NCBI GenBank assembly: GCA_963721805.1
Contig: CAVRJY010000001.1
Coordinates: 1,280,001-1,344,000, forward strand
Reading direction: 5' to 3'
DNA: 64,000 bases
DNA from: Nitrospirota bacterium
Lineage (GTDB): Bacteria; Nitrospirota; Thermodesulfovibrionia; Thermodesulfovibrionales; JdFR-86
The position numbers and the translations under genes were made by a program. Below the pieces are notes generated by a model. That model was not told the origin of the DNA. It saw only the letters and a program-made list of their open reading frames with translations, and ran no database searches. Positions 50,787 through 61,192 of this stretch are shown one piece after another; the first letter of the stretch is position 1, and every line of letters starts with the position of its first letter.

Positions 50787-51875
50787 TGGCATTCGGCCGC
50801 ATCGACAGGGACGACGCGCTGGAGCTGCTGAAGTACGGCGAGCTCCTGAACCTCGGCCGGGGGGCTGACCTGATGCGCCGCGCCCTGCACCCCGAGGGGA
50901 TCGTGACGTTCGTGATCGACCGCAACATCAACTATACGAACGTCTGCATCAACAAGTGCAAGTTCTGCGCGTTCTGGCGCGAGGAGGCGCAAGAGGGCGG
51001 CTACGTCCTCGGGCGCGACGAGCTGTTTAAAAAGATAGAGGAGACGATCGCGCTCGGCGGCACCCAGATACTGATGCAGGGCGGGATCAACCCCTGCGCT
51101 CGGTATCGATTATTACATCGACCTCCTGCGCTCGATCAAGGGCCGCTTCAAGATAAACATACACGGGTTCTCCCCGCCCGAGGTCGTCCATATCGCCTCA
51201 CAGCTGCCGGTCTGAGCGTGCGCGATACGATCATAGCTGAACTCAGGCGCGCCGGGCTCGACTCGATCCCCGGCGGCGGGGCCGAGCTGCTAAGCGACCG
51301 CGTGCGCAAGCGCATCAGCCCGAACAAGATACGCACCGACGAGTGGCTGGTGTCATGCGCGAGGCCCATCGTTCGGTATGCGCACGACAGCTACGATGAT
51401 GTTCGGCATAGGCGAGAAGCCCGCTGATATCATCGAGCACCTCGACCGCATACGCACGCTTCAGGACGAGACCGGCGGGTTTACGGCCTTCATCCCGTGG
51501 CCCTTCCAGCCCGGCAATACCGCATACGAGGGCAAGATCGAGACCGCGACCGCGGCCGAATACCTGCGCGTGCTCGCGGTATCGAGGCTGTATCTGGACA
51601 ACGTCCATAACGTGCAGGCCTCGTGGGTGACGCAGGGGCTGAAGGTCGCGGAGGTCGCGCTCCGCTTCGGCGCGAACGATCTGGGCTCGACTATGATAGA
51701 GGAAAACGTAGTGGCCTCCACCGGCGTCAGCAACAGCGTCACGATGGACGAGATGGTCGCCGCGATTCACGCCGCCGGCTTCCGCGCGGCCCAGCGCGAT
51801 ACGCTCTACAATCTGCTTAGGGAGTTCCTCGCAAGGAGGATGGATAGATGCCCGATACGCTTTATGACGTGGTGA
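50786..51875 (+). CDS. mqnC: Cyclic dehypoxanthine futalosine synthase (radical SAM), frameshifted
   Basis: DRNINYTNVCINKCKFC, ILMQGG, TATMMFG, QASWVTQG, STMIEENVV; end approximate. Confidence 0.88.
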
Positions 51876-52809
51876 TAATCGGCGGCGGCCCGGCCGGGCT
51901 CGCGGCCGCGCAGTATGCGGCTCGCGCGAGGATGAAGACGGTCGTGCTCGACAAATCCAAAACCGCCGGGGCGCTCGCGTTCGCCGGGGAAGATCGAGAA
52001 CTACCCCGGTCTCGTCCCGCCGCTTCCGGGCAAGGAGCTGCTCGACGTGTTCCGCAGCTCAGGCCATCGAGTTCGGGGCCGAGTATGTGGACGACGCGCA
52101 GGTCGTGGGCGTGAGCGTCGAGGGCGAGGCCAAAGAGGTCTTCACGATGGCGGACTCCTATAAGGGCAAGACCCTGATTATCGCGACCGGCTCGATGGGC
52201 CGGAAGGCCACGATCAAGGGCGAGGCCGAGCTGCTTGGGCAAGGGCGTGAGCTACTGCGCGATATGCGACGCGGCGTTCTTTAGGGGCAAGACCGTATGC
52301 GTGCTCGGCGACTCGGAAGAGGCGGTCAAGGAGGCCGGGCTGCTCACGCGGTTCGCGCCTACGGTGTATCTGATTGCTCCTTCGCAGAAATTGAAAGCCC
52401 CGGAGGACCACCCCGCGCTCGAGGCCGAGAACCTCACCGTACTCTTGGGCCGCACAGTGACGCGACATCAGCGGGTGCGGACTCGGTGGAGTCGGTGCTC
52501 ACCGTGGATAAGGACGGCAACGAGGAATGCATCGAGCTCGACGGCGTGTTCGTATACATACAGGGCTCGAAGCCGATAGTGGACTATCTGGGCGAGACCG
52601 TCAAGCTCGGCGAGAGCGGCTGCATCGAGACCGACCGGTACATGGCGACCAGCGTGCCGGGCGTGTACGCGGCCGGCGACGTGACGTGCACCGAGGTCCG
52701 GCAGGTCGTGATCGCGGCGGCCGACGGTGCGATGGCCGCGCTCTCGGCCGAGAAGTTCGTCCACGGCAAGAAGCGCCTGAAGGCCGACTGGTCAAAGTCA
52801 GGCGAGTAG
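51848..52809 (+). CDS. trxB: Thioredoxin reductase-like FAD/NAD(P) oxidoreductase, frameshifted
   Basis: GGGPAG, IIATG, GVSYCAICD, GVYAAGD over four ORF fragments. Confidence 0.8.
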
Positions 52810-52830
52810 CAGGCTGAAGTTACGCGAATT

Positions 52831-52864
52831 AAAAAGGGGATGCCCTTTCGGGCATCCCCTTTTT
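52831..52864. terminator. Bidirectional Rho-independent terminator
   Basis: AAAAAGGGGATGCCC-TTTC-GGGCATCCCCTTTTT between convergent genes. Confidence 0.9.
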
Positions 52865-52883
52865 GTTTTAGCGGGAAGCGAGC

Positions 52884-53132
52884 TTACTTCTTCTCGATGA
52901 ACAGCTCCCAATATCCCTTGTCCTCGAGCTTCTTGGACTCGAACGCGTAGCCCTGCTTCTCTGCCCAGCGCGGCAGGGAGTCCTCGGCCGAGGCCGGGGC
53001 GTCGCAGAGGACCTTCAGCATCTGACCGGAGGCCATCTTCTCCATGGTCTTTTTCGAGAGCACGAGCGGGTAGGGACAGACCCTCCCGAGTACGTCCAGC
53101 GTCTGATCCGGAGCCTTATCGCTTAATGCCAT
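52884..53132 (-). CDS. tusA: Sulfur carrier TusA-family protein
   Basis: LDVLGRVCPYP motif. Confidence 0.88.
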   Translation of the reverse strand: MALSDKAPDQTLDVLGRVCPYPLVLSKKTMEKMASGQMLKVLCDAPASAEDSLPRWAEKQGYAFESKKLEDKGYWELFIEKK

Positions 53133-53166
53133 AATTAAAAGTCCTCCCTGAGGTTTTTATTGTTTG

Positions 53167-53581
53167 CTAAAAGACCAGGACGTGCTTCGAGCCGTCCATG
53201 AGTTCCTGTATCTTCGAGAACGGGACGACGTTGATCGTCTTGTCCGCGCCCATCTCCTCGGCGCTCGGCATGGCGTCGGCCGGTATGCCGTACTTGTCGA
53301 GGTCTTCCTTGCAGACGTAGACGTCGAGGTCCACGAGCAGGGTGTTCTTCATGTGGTTCTCGGTGCTGGTGATGCCGTAGGTGCCCATCGCGTCCTGGCC
53401 CTTAGTCGAGGCCGAGCACTCCCTCGCCCATGAAGCAGAGGGCCGGGGTGACCATGTCGCCGTCTTCGAGGTATACGTCGACGGTCTGGTATGCTATGGC
53501 GTGCGTGATGGCGAGGCGCGAGGTCTCGCCCTTGTACTGCGGCTTGGTCACGAGGAACGTGAGTTTGACTTCACTTGCCAT
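53167..53581 (-). CDS. DsrF/TusC-like protein, frameshift near 53405
   Basis: MASEVKLTFLVTKPQY...CFMGEGVLGL joined to MGTYGI...VYVCKEDLDKYGI...HVLVF. Confidence 0.7.
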
Positions 53582-53584
53582 GGG

Positions 53585-53951
53585 CTACTCGCCTCCTATA
53601 TGCAAGACACGGTCGGAACCATGGATCTTGACGAGATACCAGGTCATCGAACTCCACTGCGACGCCTTCGATCCCTTCGCCGCGCTTCTTGTCGATGCCG
53701 CGTGCGACGGTGCAGGCCTCGCAGGTGCAGATCTCCACGCCCTTCGCAAGCAGGGCCTTCAGGTGGGTCTCACCGGTGGAGTAGTCCTTCAGGTGCTTCT
53801 GCTGACTCTTAACGGAGCCGGTTGCGTTGCCCGAAAACCAGATGTTGACCTTGTGGCCCTTATCCGCGGCGGCGCCGGCGAGCTTCAGGGCGAAGTCGTA
53901 GGACATGTTGCCCACGAGGCCCGGATAGCATCCCATCGTCAATGTTCCCAT
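53585..53951 (-). CDS. DsrE/TusD-like sulfurtransferase, frameshift near C-terminus
   Basis: KGHKVNIWFSGNA, ICTCEACTVARGI; shifted tail SSMTWYLVKIHGSDRVLHIGGE. Confidence 0.75.
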
Positions 53952-53968
53952 CTAAGATACCCCTCCTA

Positions 53969-54265
53969 TTACAGCCACGCGAGCTGTTCGTATTCGTTCA
54001 TCATTATGTCGACCACGTCTCCGTAGCTGACGACCTTAACGCGCTTGTCCACATCGCTCTCGGCAATGCCTCTTGCCTTGAGGTCGTCGCTGAGGACGTA
54101 AAGTCCCCCGGTCTTATCGAGGAGCGGACAGGGTTTGCCGTCTATCTTCAGCGTGGCGTGATAGACGCCGTTCATTACGAAGATCAATCCCAGCTTGTCG
54201 GCCTTGACCCTGTCGAGCACGTCCGTGGTTTGTGAGAAGTCGCTGACAAAAATCCCTAACTTCAT
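53969..54265 (-). CDS. DsrH/TusB-like protein
   Basis: MNGVY, YVLSDDLKARGI, VSYGDVVD. Confidence 0.8.
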   Translation of the reverse strand: MKLGIFVSDFSQTTDVLDRVKADKLGLIFVMNGVYHATLKIDGKPCPLLDKTGGLYVLSDDLKARGIAESDVDKRVKVVSYGDVVDIMMNEYEQLAWL

Positions 54266-54325
54266 GAATTCACCTCCCTTTTCGCGGTTTATACATTAGG
54301 CATAATATCGTTACGGGAATCATGT

Positions 54326-54355
54326 TTTATACCAATTGTATCCGGGGTTTGTCAA
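54326..54355 (-). promoter_or_regulatory. Sigma70 promoter for the dsrH-like operon
   Basis: TTGACA-18 nt-TATAAA with TG extension. Confidence 0.6.
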
Positions 54356-54440
54356 TAACAAAGTTTGTGCTTCGGCCGCTTCCGCCGGGAGCCGGCGGGA
54401 GTGTTTTTATGTGCGGATTTAGGTTAATATATATTTCTCT

Positions 54441-55537
54441 ATGGCATGGGATTCAGATAAAGCGGTGACTAGCCGCGCCACGGTGTGCAGGATGTTCGCG
54501 ACTGTACTTTTCGCGATGGCGCTGCTGCTGTCATCCTGCGCGGGGCCGCCTCCAAAGGAAGCCGTCCCCGAGCTTTACTGGCCGTTCCCGCCCGAGAGGC
54601 CGCGCATCAAGTTCGTCGACGTCATCCTGGGCAGCCTCGACGCCACGGGCGAGAGGGCGGACAAGTTTAAGAACGTCATCTTCGGCACCGAGGGCGAGGT
54701 TCGCTTCAGCAAGCCTGAATACATTGCGGTCAAGGGCGACAAAGTATTGGTCACTGACCTCGGGCGCATCCATCTGTACGATTTCGGCAAGAAGCGCTAC
54801 AGCGCGATCGGAGTCGGCAACCTGACGAGCGCGACCGGGATAGCCATAACCTCCGAGGACTGGATCTTCGTCGGCGACGCCGCCCGGCGGCGCGTCCTTC
54901 TCTTCACCCCCGAAAGCGGAGAGCCGACCCCGTTCGGCGACCCTGAGGATTTCAGCAGGCCGTCCGGCATCGCGGTCGACGACTCCAGACGTCGGGTATT
55001 TATCGCCGACGCCCTCAAGCATATGCGTGTTGGTCTATTCATACGACGGCAAGAAGCTCTTCAGCATCGGGGGCCGCGGACCGGGAATTCGGCAAGTTCA
55101 ACTACCCCTATGCGGTCGCGATAGGCAAGGACGGCCGCATATACGTGCTCGACTCCGGTAACTTCCGCGTCCAGATATTCGACCCCGAAGGCAAGTTCAT
55201 CCGGAGCTTCGGCGGCGTCGGCTCCGAGGCCGGCACGTTCGCGCGGCCCAAGGGCATCGCCCTGGATTCCGAAGGGCACATATACGTTATCGACGCCGCG
55301 TTCGCCAACTTCCAGATCTTCGACGAGTACGGCAACTCCCTGCTGTCAGTCGGCTCAAACGGCATCGAGCCCGGTATGTTCGTCCTGCCGTTCGGCATCG
55401 CCATAGACGGCAAGGACAAGATTTACGTCGTGGACCAGATCAACAAGCGGGTACAGATTTTCCAGTACCTGAAATACGACGACGAGAAGCAGCCGACGGA
55501 TCAGACTAAAGACCAGCCAAAGGAAAAGAAAAATTGA
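54441..55537 (+). CDS. NHL-repeat beta-propeller lipoprotein, frameshifted
   Basis: Lipobox LSSC, WPFPPERPRIKF, repeats FARPKGIALDSEGHIYVID / PFGIAIDGKDKIYVVD. Confidence 0.85.
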
Positions 55538-57652
55538 AACCATCAATCGACAATCAAGGCTGCTTGCATCTTCCTGGCAATGGCGCTGATGGCCTTGCTC
55601 TCCTCTTCCGCCCTGGCCGCAGAATGCCAGGACTGCCATCCTGACAAGGCCAGCCAGAAAGACGTGCACCCGGCCGTGATGATGGGCTGCACCTCGTGCC
55701 ACACCGGCGTTAACTTCTCGACCTTCCCCCACAAGTTTACCCCCAAGAAGCCGGGCCTTTCGGCCGATGTCGCCCGAGCTGTGTTTCCAGTGCCACGACA
55801 AGGGCATGTTCACCAAAAAGACCGTGCATCCGCCGGTCGCGGCCGGGATGTGCACCAGCTGCCACAACCCGCACTCGACCGCGGCCCCCAAGCTCCTGAT
55901 CGCCGAGAACATCTGCCTGACATGCCACGATCAGAAGGCCTTCACCGACGGCAAGGACGTCCACCCGCCCGTCGCGGCCGGTATGTGCCCGAGCTGCCAT
56001 AACCCGCACTCGACCGATACCCAGCACCTGCTCAAGGCCGACCCGGTCTGCATGAACTGCCACGACAAGGCCATGTTCGAGGGCAAGAGCGTGCATCCGC
56101 CGGTCGCGGCCGGGATGTGCACGAGCTGCCACCAGCCGCACAAGTCCGACAACGCGAAGCTCCTGATCAAGCCCGCGGACAACGGCGAACTCTGCCTGAC
56201 GCTGCCACGACAAGTCCAAGTTCATCGACGTCAAGCACCAGCATCCGCCCGTGGCCGCCGGCATGTGCACGACCTGCCATTTCCCGCACGCGAGCAAACA
56301 GGACCACCTCCTGCGTCAGGCCGACATATGCTTTAACTGCCACGACCAGAAGAAATTCACGTCCAAAAAGGACGTGCACCCGCCCGTTGCGGCCGGGATG
56401 TGCGTCAGCTGCCATAACCCGCACGGCAGCGACAACGAGCGCATGCTCCGCAATGGCGGCGCCGAGCTCTGCTTTCACCTGCCATGACAAGACGAAGTTC
56501 GAGAACAAGAGCACTCACCCGCCAGTCGCGGCCGGGATGTGCATGAGCTGCCACAACCCGCACCAGTCCGACAACCCGAAGCTCCTGGTGGCCCAGGCCC
56601 CGGATCTGTGCTTCAACTGCCACGACAAGGGCATGTTCACGAAAAAGACCGTGCATCCGCCCGTGGCGGCCGGGATGTGCCTGAGCTGCCACGACCCTCA
56701 CGCAAGCCCGAGCAAGAAGCTCACGCTGTCTGACGACCTGTGCTTCCAGTGCCATGACAAGGGCAAGTTCATGAAGGACAACGTCCATCCGCCGGTGGCG
56801 CAGGGCAAGTGCACGGGCTGCCACGACCCGCACTCGAGCGACAACAAGCGGATGCTCCGCGCCGAGGGCGCCAACCTCTGCTTCCTGTGCCACGACAAGG
56901 GCAAGTTCACCAAGAAGTTGGTCCACCCGCCGGTCGCGGCCGGCGAGTGCTTCGACTGCCACGCACCGCATAACAGCAAGGAGAAAGAAGCTCCTGCTGT
57001 CCAAGGACATATGCTTTAACTGCCACGACTCATCGAAGTTCTCGGGCAAGCGCGTCGTGCACGCCCCGGTGGCCGCCAAGCAGTGCACCGAGTGCCACAG
57101 CCCGCACTCGTCCAACGCCAAGCGGATGCTGAACCCCGACATGCCGAACCTCTGCTTCAAGTGCCACTCGAGCGAGGAGTTCACGGACAAGGTCACGCAC
57201 GGACCGATAGAGATCGGGCAGTGCATGGGATGCCACGAGCCGCACCAGTCGGACGAGCGCAAGCTGCTTATCGCGGAGGTCCCGAAGCTATGCTACAACT
57301 GCCACCGCGAGTCGGTGTTTTCCAAGGAAAACGTCCACGCGCCCGTGGCGGCCGGGATGTGCCTCGACTGCCACAAGCCCCACGCCGGCAAGAACCGCGC
57401 GCTCACCGTGCGCCCGAAAACAAGCTGTGCCTGAAGTGCCATAACGAGTTCGGGGACAGCAAAAAGCACGCCTTCGCCGGGCTCAAGTTCAACGGGCACA
57501 AGCTCGAAGGCCCCAAGGACCCGCGCCGCAAGGGCAAGCCCTTCGGCTGTTCGAGCTGCCACAATCCGCACAGCTCGGATTCGATCAAGCTGGCCCGATA
57601 CAAGATAACCAGGGTCTTCGACCTGTGCCAGCAGTGTCATATCAATAAATAA
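55534..57652 (+). CDS. Repeat-built multiheme c-type cytochrome, about 29 CxxCH (paired-CxxCH family), several frameshifts
   Basis: Signal peptide; tandem ~45-aa units HPPVAAGMCxxCHxPH...LCxxCHDK; 27 intact motifs plus 2 broken by indels; start approximate. Confidence 0.9.
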
Positions 57653-57694
57653 ATCTGGCTTGGCCGTATGGGCCCGGGATATATGGAGGCTGAT

Positions 57695-58731
57695 ATGAAA
57701 CGGAAATCGCTGTTACGTGTTTTTGATAATGCTGCTTGGAATCATGGCCCTGCCGCTGGCCGTCTATGCGGAGAACCCGGACTGCAAAATGTGCCACCCG
57801 GAGAAGGCCGAGGGCAAGTCCGTCCATCCGGCGGTCATGATGGGCTGCGAGTCCTGCCATACCGGCGTGGACGCCAACAACATACCGCACAAGTTCACGG
57901 GCAAAAAGGGACTGTCAGCCCAGCCTCCGGAGCTTTGCTTCAACTGCCACGACAAGGGGATGCTGCTCGGGAAGAAGTTCAAGCACTCCCCGGCTGCATC
58001 CGGGATGTGCACCACCTGCCACGACCCGCATACCAGCCCCAACGAGCACCTGCTCACTCAGCCGAACATATGCGCCATGTGCCATGAGGTGGACAAGATA
58101 AAGGGCGTCACGGGGTAACGGCAAACACGCCCGTCACACCGTGCATCCCCCGGTGGCCGCCGACATGTGCCCGTCGTGCCACAAGCCGCACAGCTCCGAC
58201 AACGACAAAATAATAGCCAAGCCTGCGCCCGATCTCTGCTTCGACTGCCATGACAAGACCAAGTTCATCGGTGCTGTCGTGCACGCCCCGGTCGGCATCG
58301 GTCTCTGCCTTTCGTGCCACAAGCCCCACAGCTCGCCCAACAAGGCAATGCTCGTGGCCCCCGGAAGCGATCTGTGCTTCGGCTGCCACGACAAGGCGGA
58401 GTTTACGAAGAAGGTAGTCCACAAGCCCGTGGCCGAGGGCAGATGCACCGCCTGCCACCTCCCGCATGCCGGTCAGAACGAGGCTATGCTCGAACGCAAG
58501 GGCAATCTGCTGTGCCGCAAGTGCCACCCCGACATCGAGCGCAAGGGCCATGCGGTCGTGGGCTTCGAATCAGCCGGACATCCGGTGCGCGGACGTGTGG
58601 ATCCCCTGAGGCCCGGGAAGGTCTTCGGATGCCTGAGCTGCCATCTGCCACATTCGTCCGACTCGATAAAGCTGTTCCGCTATCAGGCCGACAGCATGTA
58701 CGACCTCTGCCTTTATTGCCACAAGATGTAG
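57695..58731 (+). CDS. Paralogous multiheme c-type cytochrome, 13 CxxCH, frameshifted
   Basis: RBS GGAGG, signal peptide, 5 motifs in ORF 57717 plus 8 in ORF 58141. Confidence 0.9.
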
Positions 58732-58751
58732 GGGCGCAGACAGATAAAAAT

Positions 58752-58785
58752 AAAGGCCGGATGGGTCTGCCCCGTCCGGCCTTTT
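58752..58785. terminator. Rho-independent terminator after the cytochrome genes
   Basis: AAAGGCCGGATGGG...CCCGTCCGGCCTTTT. Confidence 0.8.
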
Positions 58786-58809
58786 GTTTAAGTGGGCTGT
58801 CTTGGCCGC

Positions 58810-59700
58810 TATCGCGCCTATCTCCCCCGTGATCTTGTTCAGGGTGTCGTCGAGGCGGCGCGTGTAGTATTGCGCGCAGCTTTTCGGTCAGGGCAGGGTT
58901 ATCGGTCAGCAGCTGCTGCATGGCCTCGCGCCTGAATTCCAGGAGTTCAAGCGTCGCCGACAGCCGTGACCGTGGCGGTCCTCGGCCTTCCGGTCAGGAA
59001 GGCGATCTCGCCGAATAGGTCGCCCTCGCGGAGTTCCGCGAGGTGGACGGTCTTTCCTCCCATGATAGGTCGAGACCTTCGCCCTGCCGGACATTATGAC
59101 AAACATCGAATCCCCCGGCTCGCCTTCCAGCACTACAGGCTCGCTGTCGGCGAAGACTCCTGCGCAGGCCGTTCGTCGGCAGGTACTCCCACTCGGCGTT
59201 CGAGAGCAGAGAGAACGCCTCGGGGATGCCCGGCTCGGCTGGTTTCTCAGCCGCCGGGATGAGTATGTCCGAGGCCCATGACGTGCGAGAAGTGCTCGTC
59301 GGGCGGGCACGGCTCGGTCCCGGCCTTGCATGTCGGCTGTCTCGTTCCCTCGGCGAGCTGGCGGCCGCGAGGCCGCGATGGAATGGCCCCGCTCCTGCTC
59401 GATGGCCTCGAGCAGCTCGCCGGTTTTTCCGGCGGCCTCGCGGTCATCGGGCGCGATGCGCTGGATGATCTTGTATATCGCGAGCGCCTTATGGTTGAAG
59501 CCGTCGTTGATGAGGCAGCGCGCCGACTGGTGGTATGCGGCCACCGCGTCGGCGGGCTTGCCGGTCTTCTGGAGGATGTCTCCGGCCTTGAGGTATATCT
59601 GCGGGTTATCGGGTTCGAGCTTTTTCAGGGCATCGAGCGTTGCGAGGGCCTTGGGCCATTCCTGCTTGAGCACTGGCCTTGAAAAACGACTCCCAATTCC
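58810..59700 (-). CDS. TPR + cyclic-nucleotide-binding domain protein, multiple frameshifts
   Basis: TPR-like N-terminus; VVLEGEPGDSMFVIMSG and shifted GDLFGEIAFLTGRPRTATV; ends approximate. Confidence 0.7.
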
Positions 59701-59869
59701 TCTTGGCCTCAGCCGCTGTTTCCTTGCGCACCATGATCGAAATTATAGGGCAACCCGGCCCCGGTGTGCAATAACATTGTTGAACCGTTTGCCCGAACTC
59801 TGCTAATCTTTAGGTGTCGGCGCACCGGGTGCGCGTGTCGTGAAATCATCCTGAGCGAGGGGGGCCGGT

Positions 59870-60049
59870 TTGGCCAATCAAGCAAGCATGTGCGTCGTTT
59901 GCGCCTGGCGCGAGACGTGCCAGAAGAAGTTCAGTGTCTCGGGGTCGGATATAAGGTGCGCGGACTTCACCAAGGACATCAAGCGGTCGGCTGCCGGGCC
60001 GTCTGTATCCGAAAAGAACCCAGCCCCTGCCAAGGGCAAGGGGAAATGA
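59870..60049 (+). CDS. 59-aa four-Cys protein (absent from ORF track)
   Basis: TTG start after [46 protein letters not shown]... Confidence 0.6.
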   Translation: MANQASMCVVCAWRETCQKKFSVSGSDIRCADFTKDIKRSAAGPSVSEKNPAPAKGKGK

Positions 60050-60071
60050 ACCGCGGAGGACGGGCGATACG

Positions 60072-60687
60072 ATGAAAGTGCAGATCATCTTCTACAGCAT
60101 GTACGGGCATATTTATACGATGGCCGAGGCCGTGGCCGAGGGCGTGCGCGAGGTCGAGGGCGCCGTGGCCGAGCTTTACCAGGTGCCGGAACTCGTGCCG
60201 GAGGAGATACTCAAGGCCGGCTGGGCCTTCGAGGCCAGGGCGAAGTTCGCCCACATACCGGTCGCCACGGTCGACAAGCTCGCCGAGGCCGACGCGATAA
60301 TCTTCGGCACGCCGACGCGCTATGGCAACATGTGCGCCCAGATGCGCAACTTCCTCGACCAGACCGGCGGCATATGGGTCAAGGGCTCGCTGATCGGCAA
60401 GGTCGGGAGCGTGTTTGCGTCCAGCAACACTCAGCACGGCGGGCAGGAGACCACGATCACGAGCTTCCATACCACGCTGCTGCACCACGGCATGGTCATC
60501 GTCGGCGTGCCATACTCCGAGACCCGCCAGTCGATCACGACCGAGATAACCGGCGGCTCCCCGTATGGCGCAACGACGATAGCCGGGCTCGGACGGCAAG
60601 CGCATGCCAACCGAAAACGAGCTTGCGATCGCGCGCTTCCAGGGCCGCCACGTGGCCACGATCGCGACCAAACTCACGGGCAAATAG
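60072..60687 (+). CDS. wrbA: NAD(P)H:quinone oxidoreductase WrbA, frameshift near 60590
   Basis: [30 protein letters not shown]; shifted tail [15 protein letters not shown]. Confidence 0.95.
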
Positions 60688-60814
60688 AACGCCGTATCCC
60701 GCATTGACGAGAGGGCGTCCCGGCGACGTGGGGCCGTGCGCCCTCTTTGCGGTCTCCCATCGGGCAGGATTTTCTAACAAATGTTATATTAAAAAATCCG
60801 CCAGGGGAGGGTAA

Positions 60815-61192
60815 GTGGAATCAACTAAGTCGGTTTTGATAGTCGAGGACTCACACGTGACCCGCTCCATGATAAGGTCCATCGTCGAGGACCTGGGCGA
60901 TGTCGTCACCACGGAGGCCTCCACCGGATTCGAGGCCCTGCGGCTGCTGCCGACGCGCGAGTTCAACCTGATAGTCACGGACATCAACATGCCGGACGTC
61001 AACGGGCTCGAACTGATAAATTTCGTCCGCAACGACGCGCGATACCGGGACATACCGGTGCTGATCGTCAGCACCGAGAAGACCGAGGAGGACCGGCGGC
61101 GCGGCCTCGCCCTGGGCGCAAACGATTACGTGACGAAGCCGTTCAGCCCGGACAGGCTGCAGGAGACCGTAAAGAGACTGCTTGAGATATGA
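60815..61192 (+). CDS. cheY: Single-domain response regulator, CheY-like
   Basis: VEDS, TDINMP, ST, YVTKPF; upstream of cheA. Confidence 0.85.
   Translation: MESTKSVLIVEDSHVTRSMIRSIVEDLGDVVTTEASTGFEALRLLPTREFNLIVTDINMPDVNGLELINFVRNDARYRDIPVLIVSTEKTEEDRRRGLALGANDYVTKPFSPDRLQETVKRLLEI

Noticed and set aside
52884..54265. Selenocysteine readthrough in the DsrE/F-like genes, or proof of dissimilatory sulfur metabolism
   Set aside because: The breaks are frame changes, not in-frame TGA at Cys positions; dsrAB/dsrC are not in the window.
55780..57420. Regularly spaced ~135-bp DNA repeats as a CRISPR or non-coding array
   Set aside because: They encode two-heme protein repeats, vary at third codon positions and have homologous 'spacers'; no cas genes.
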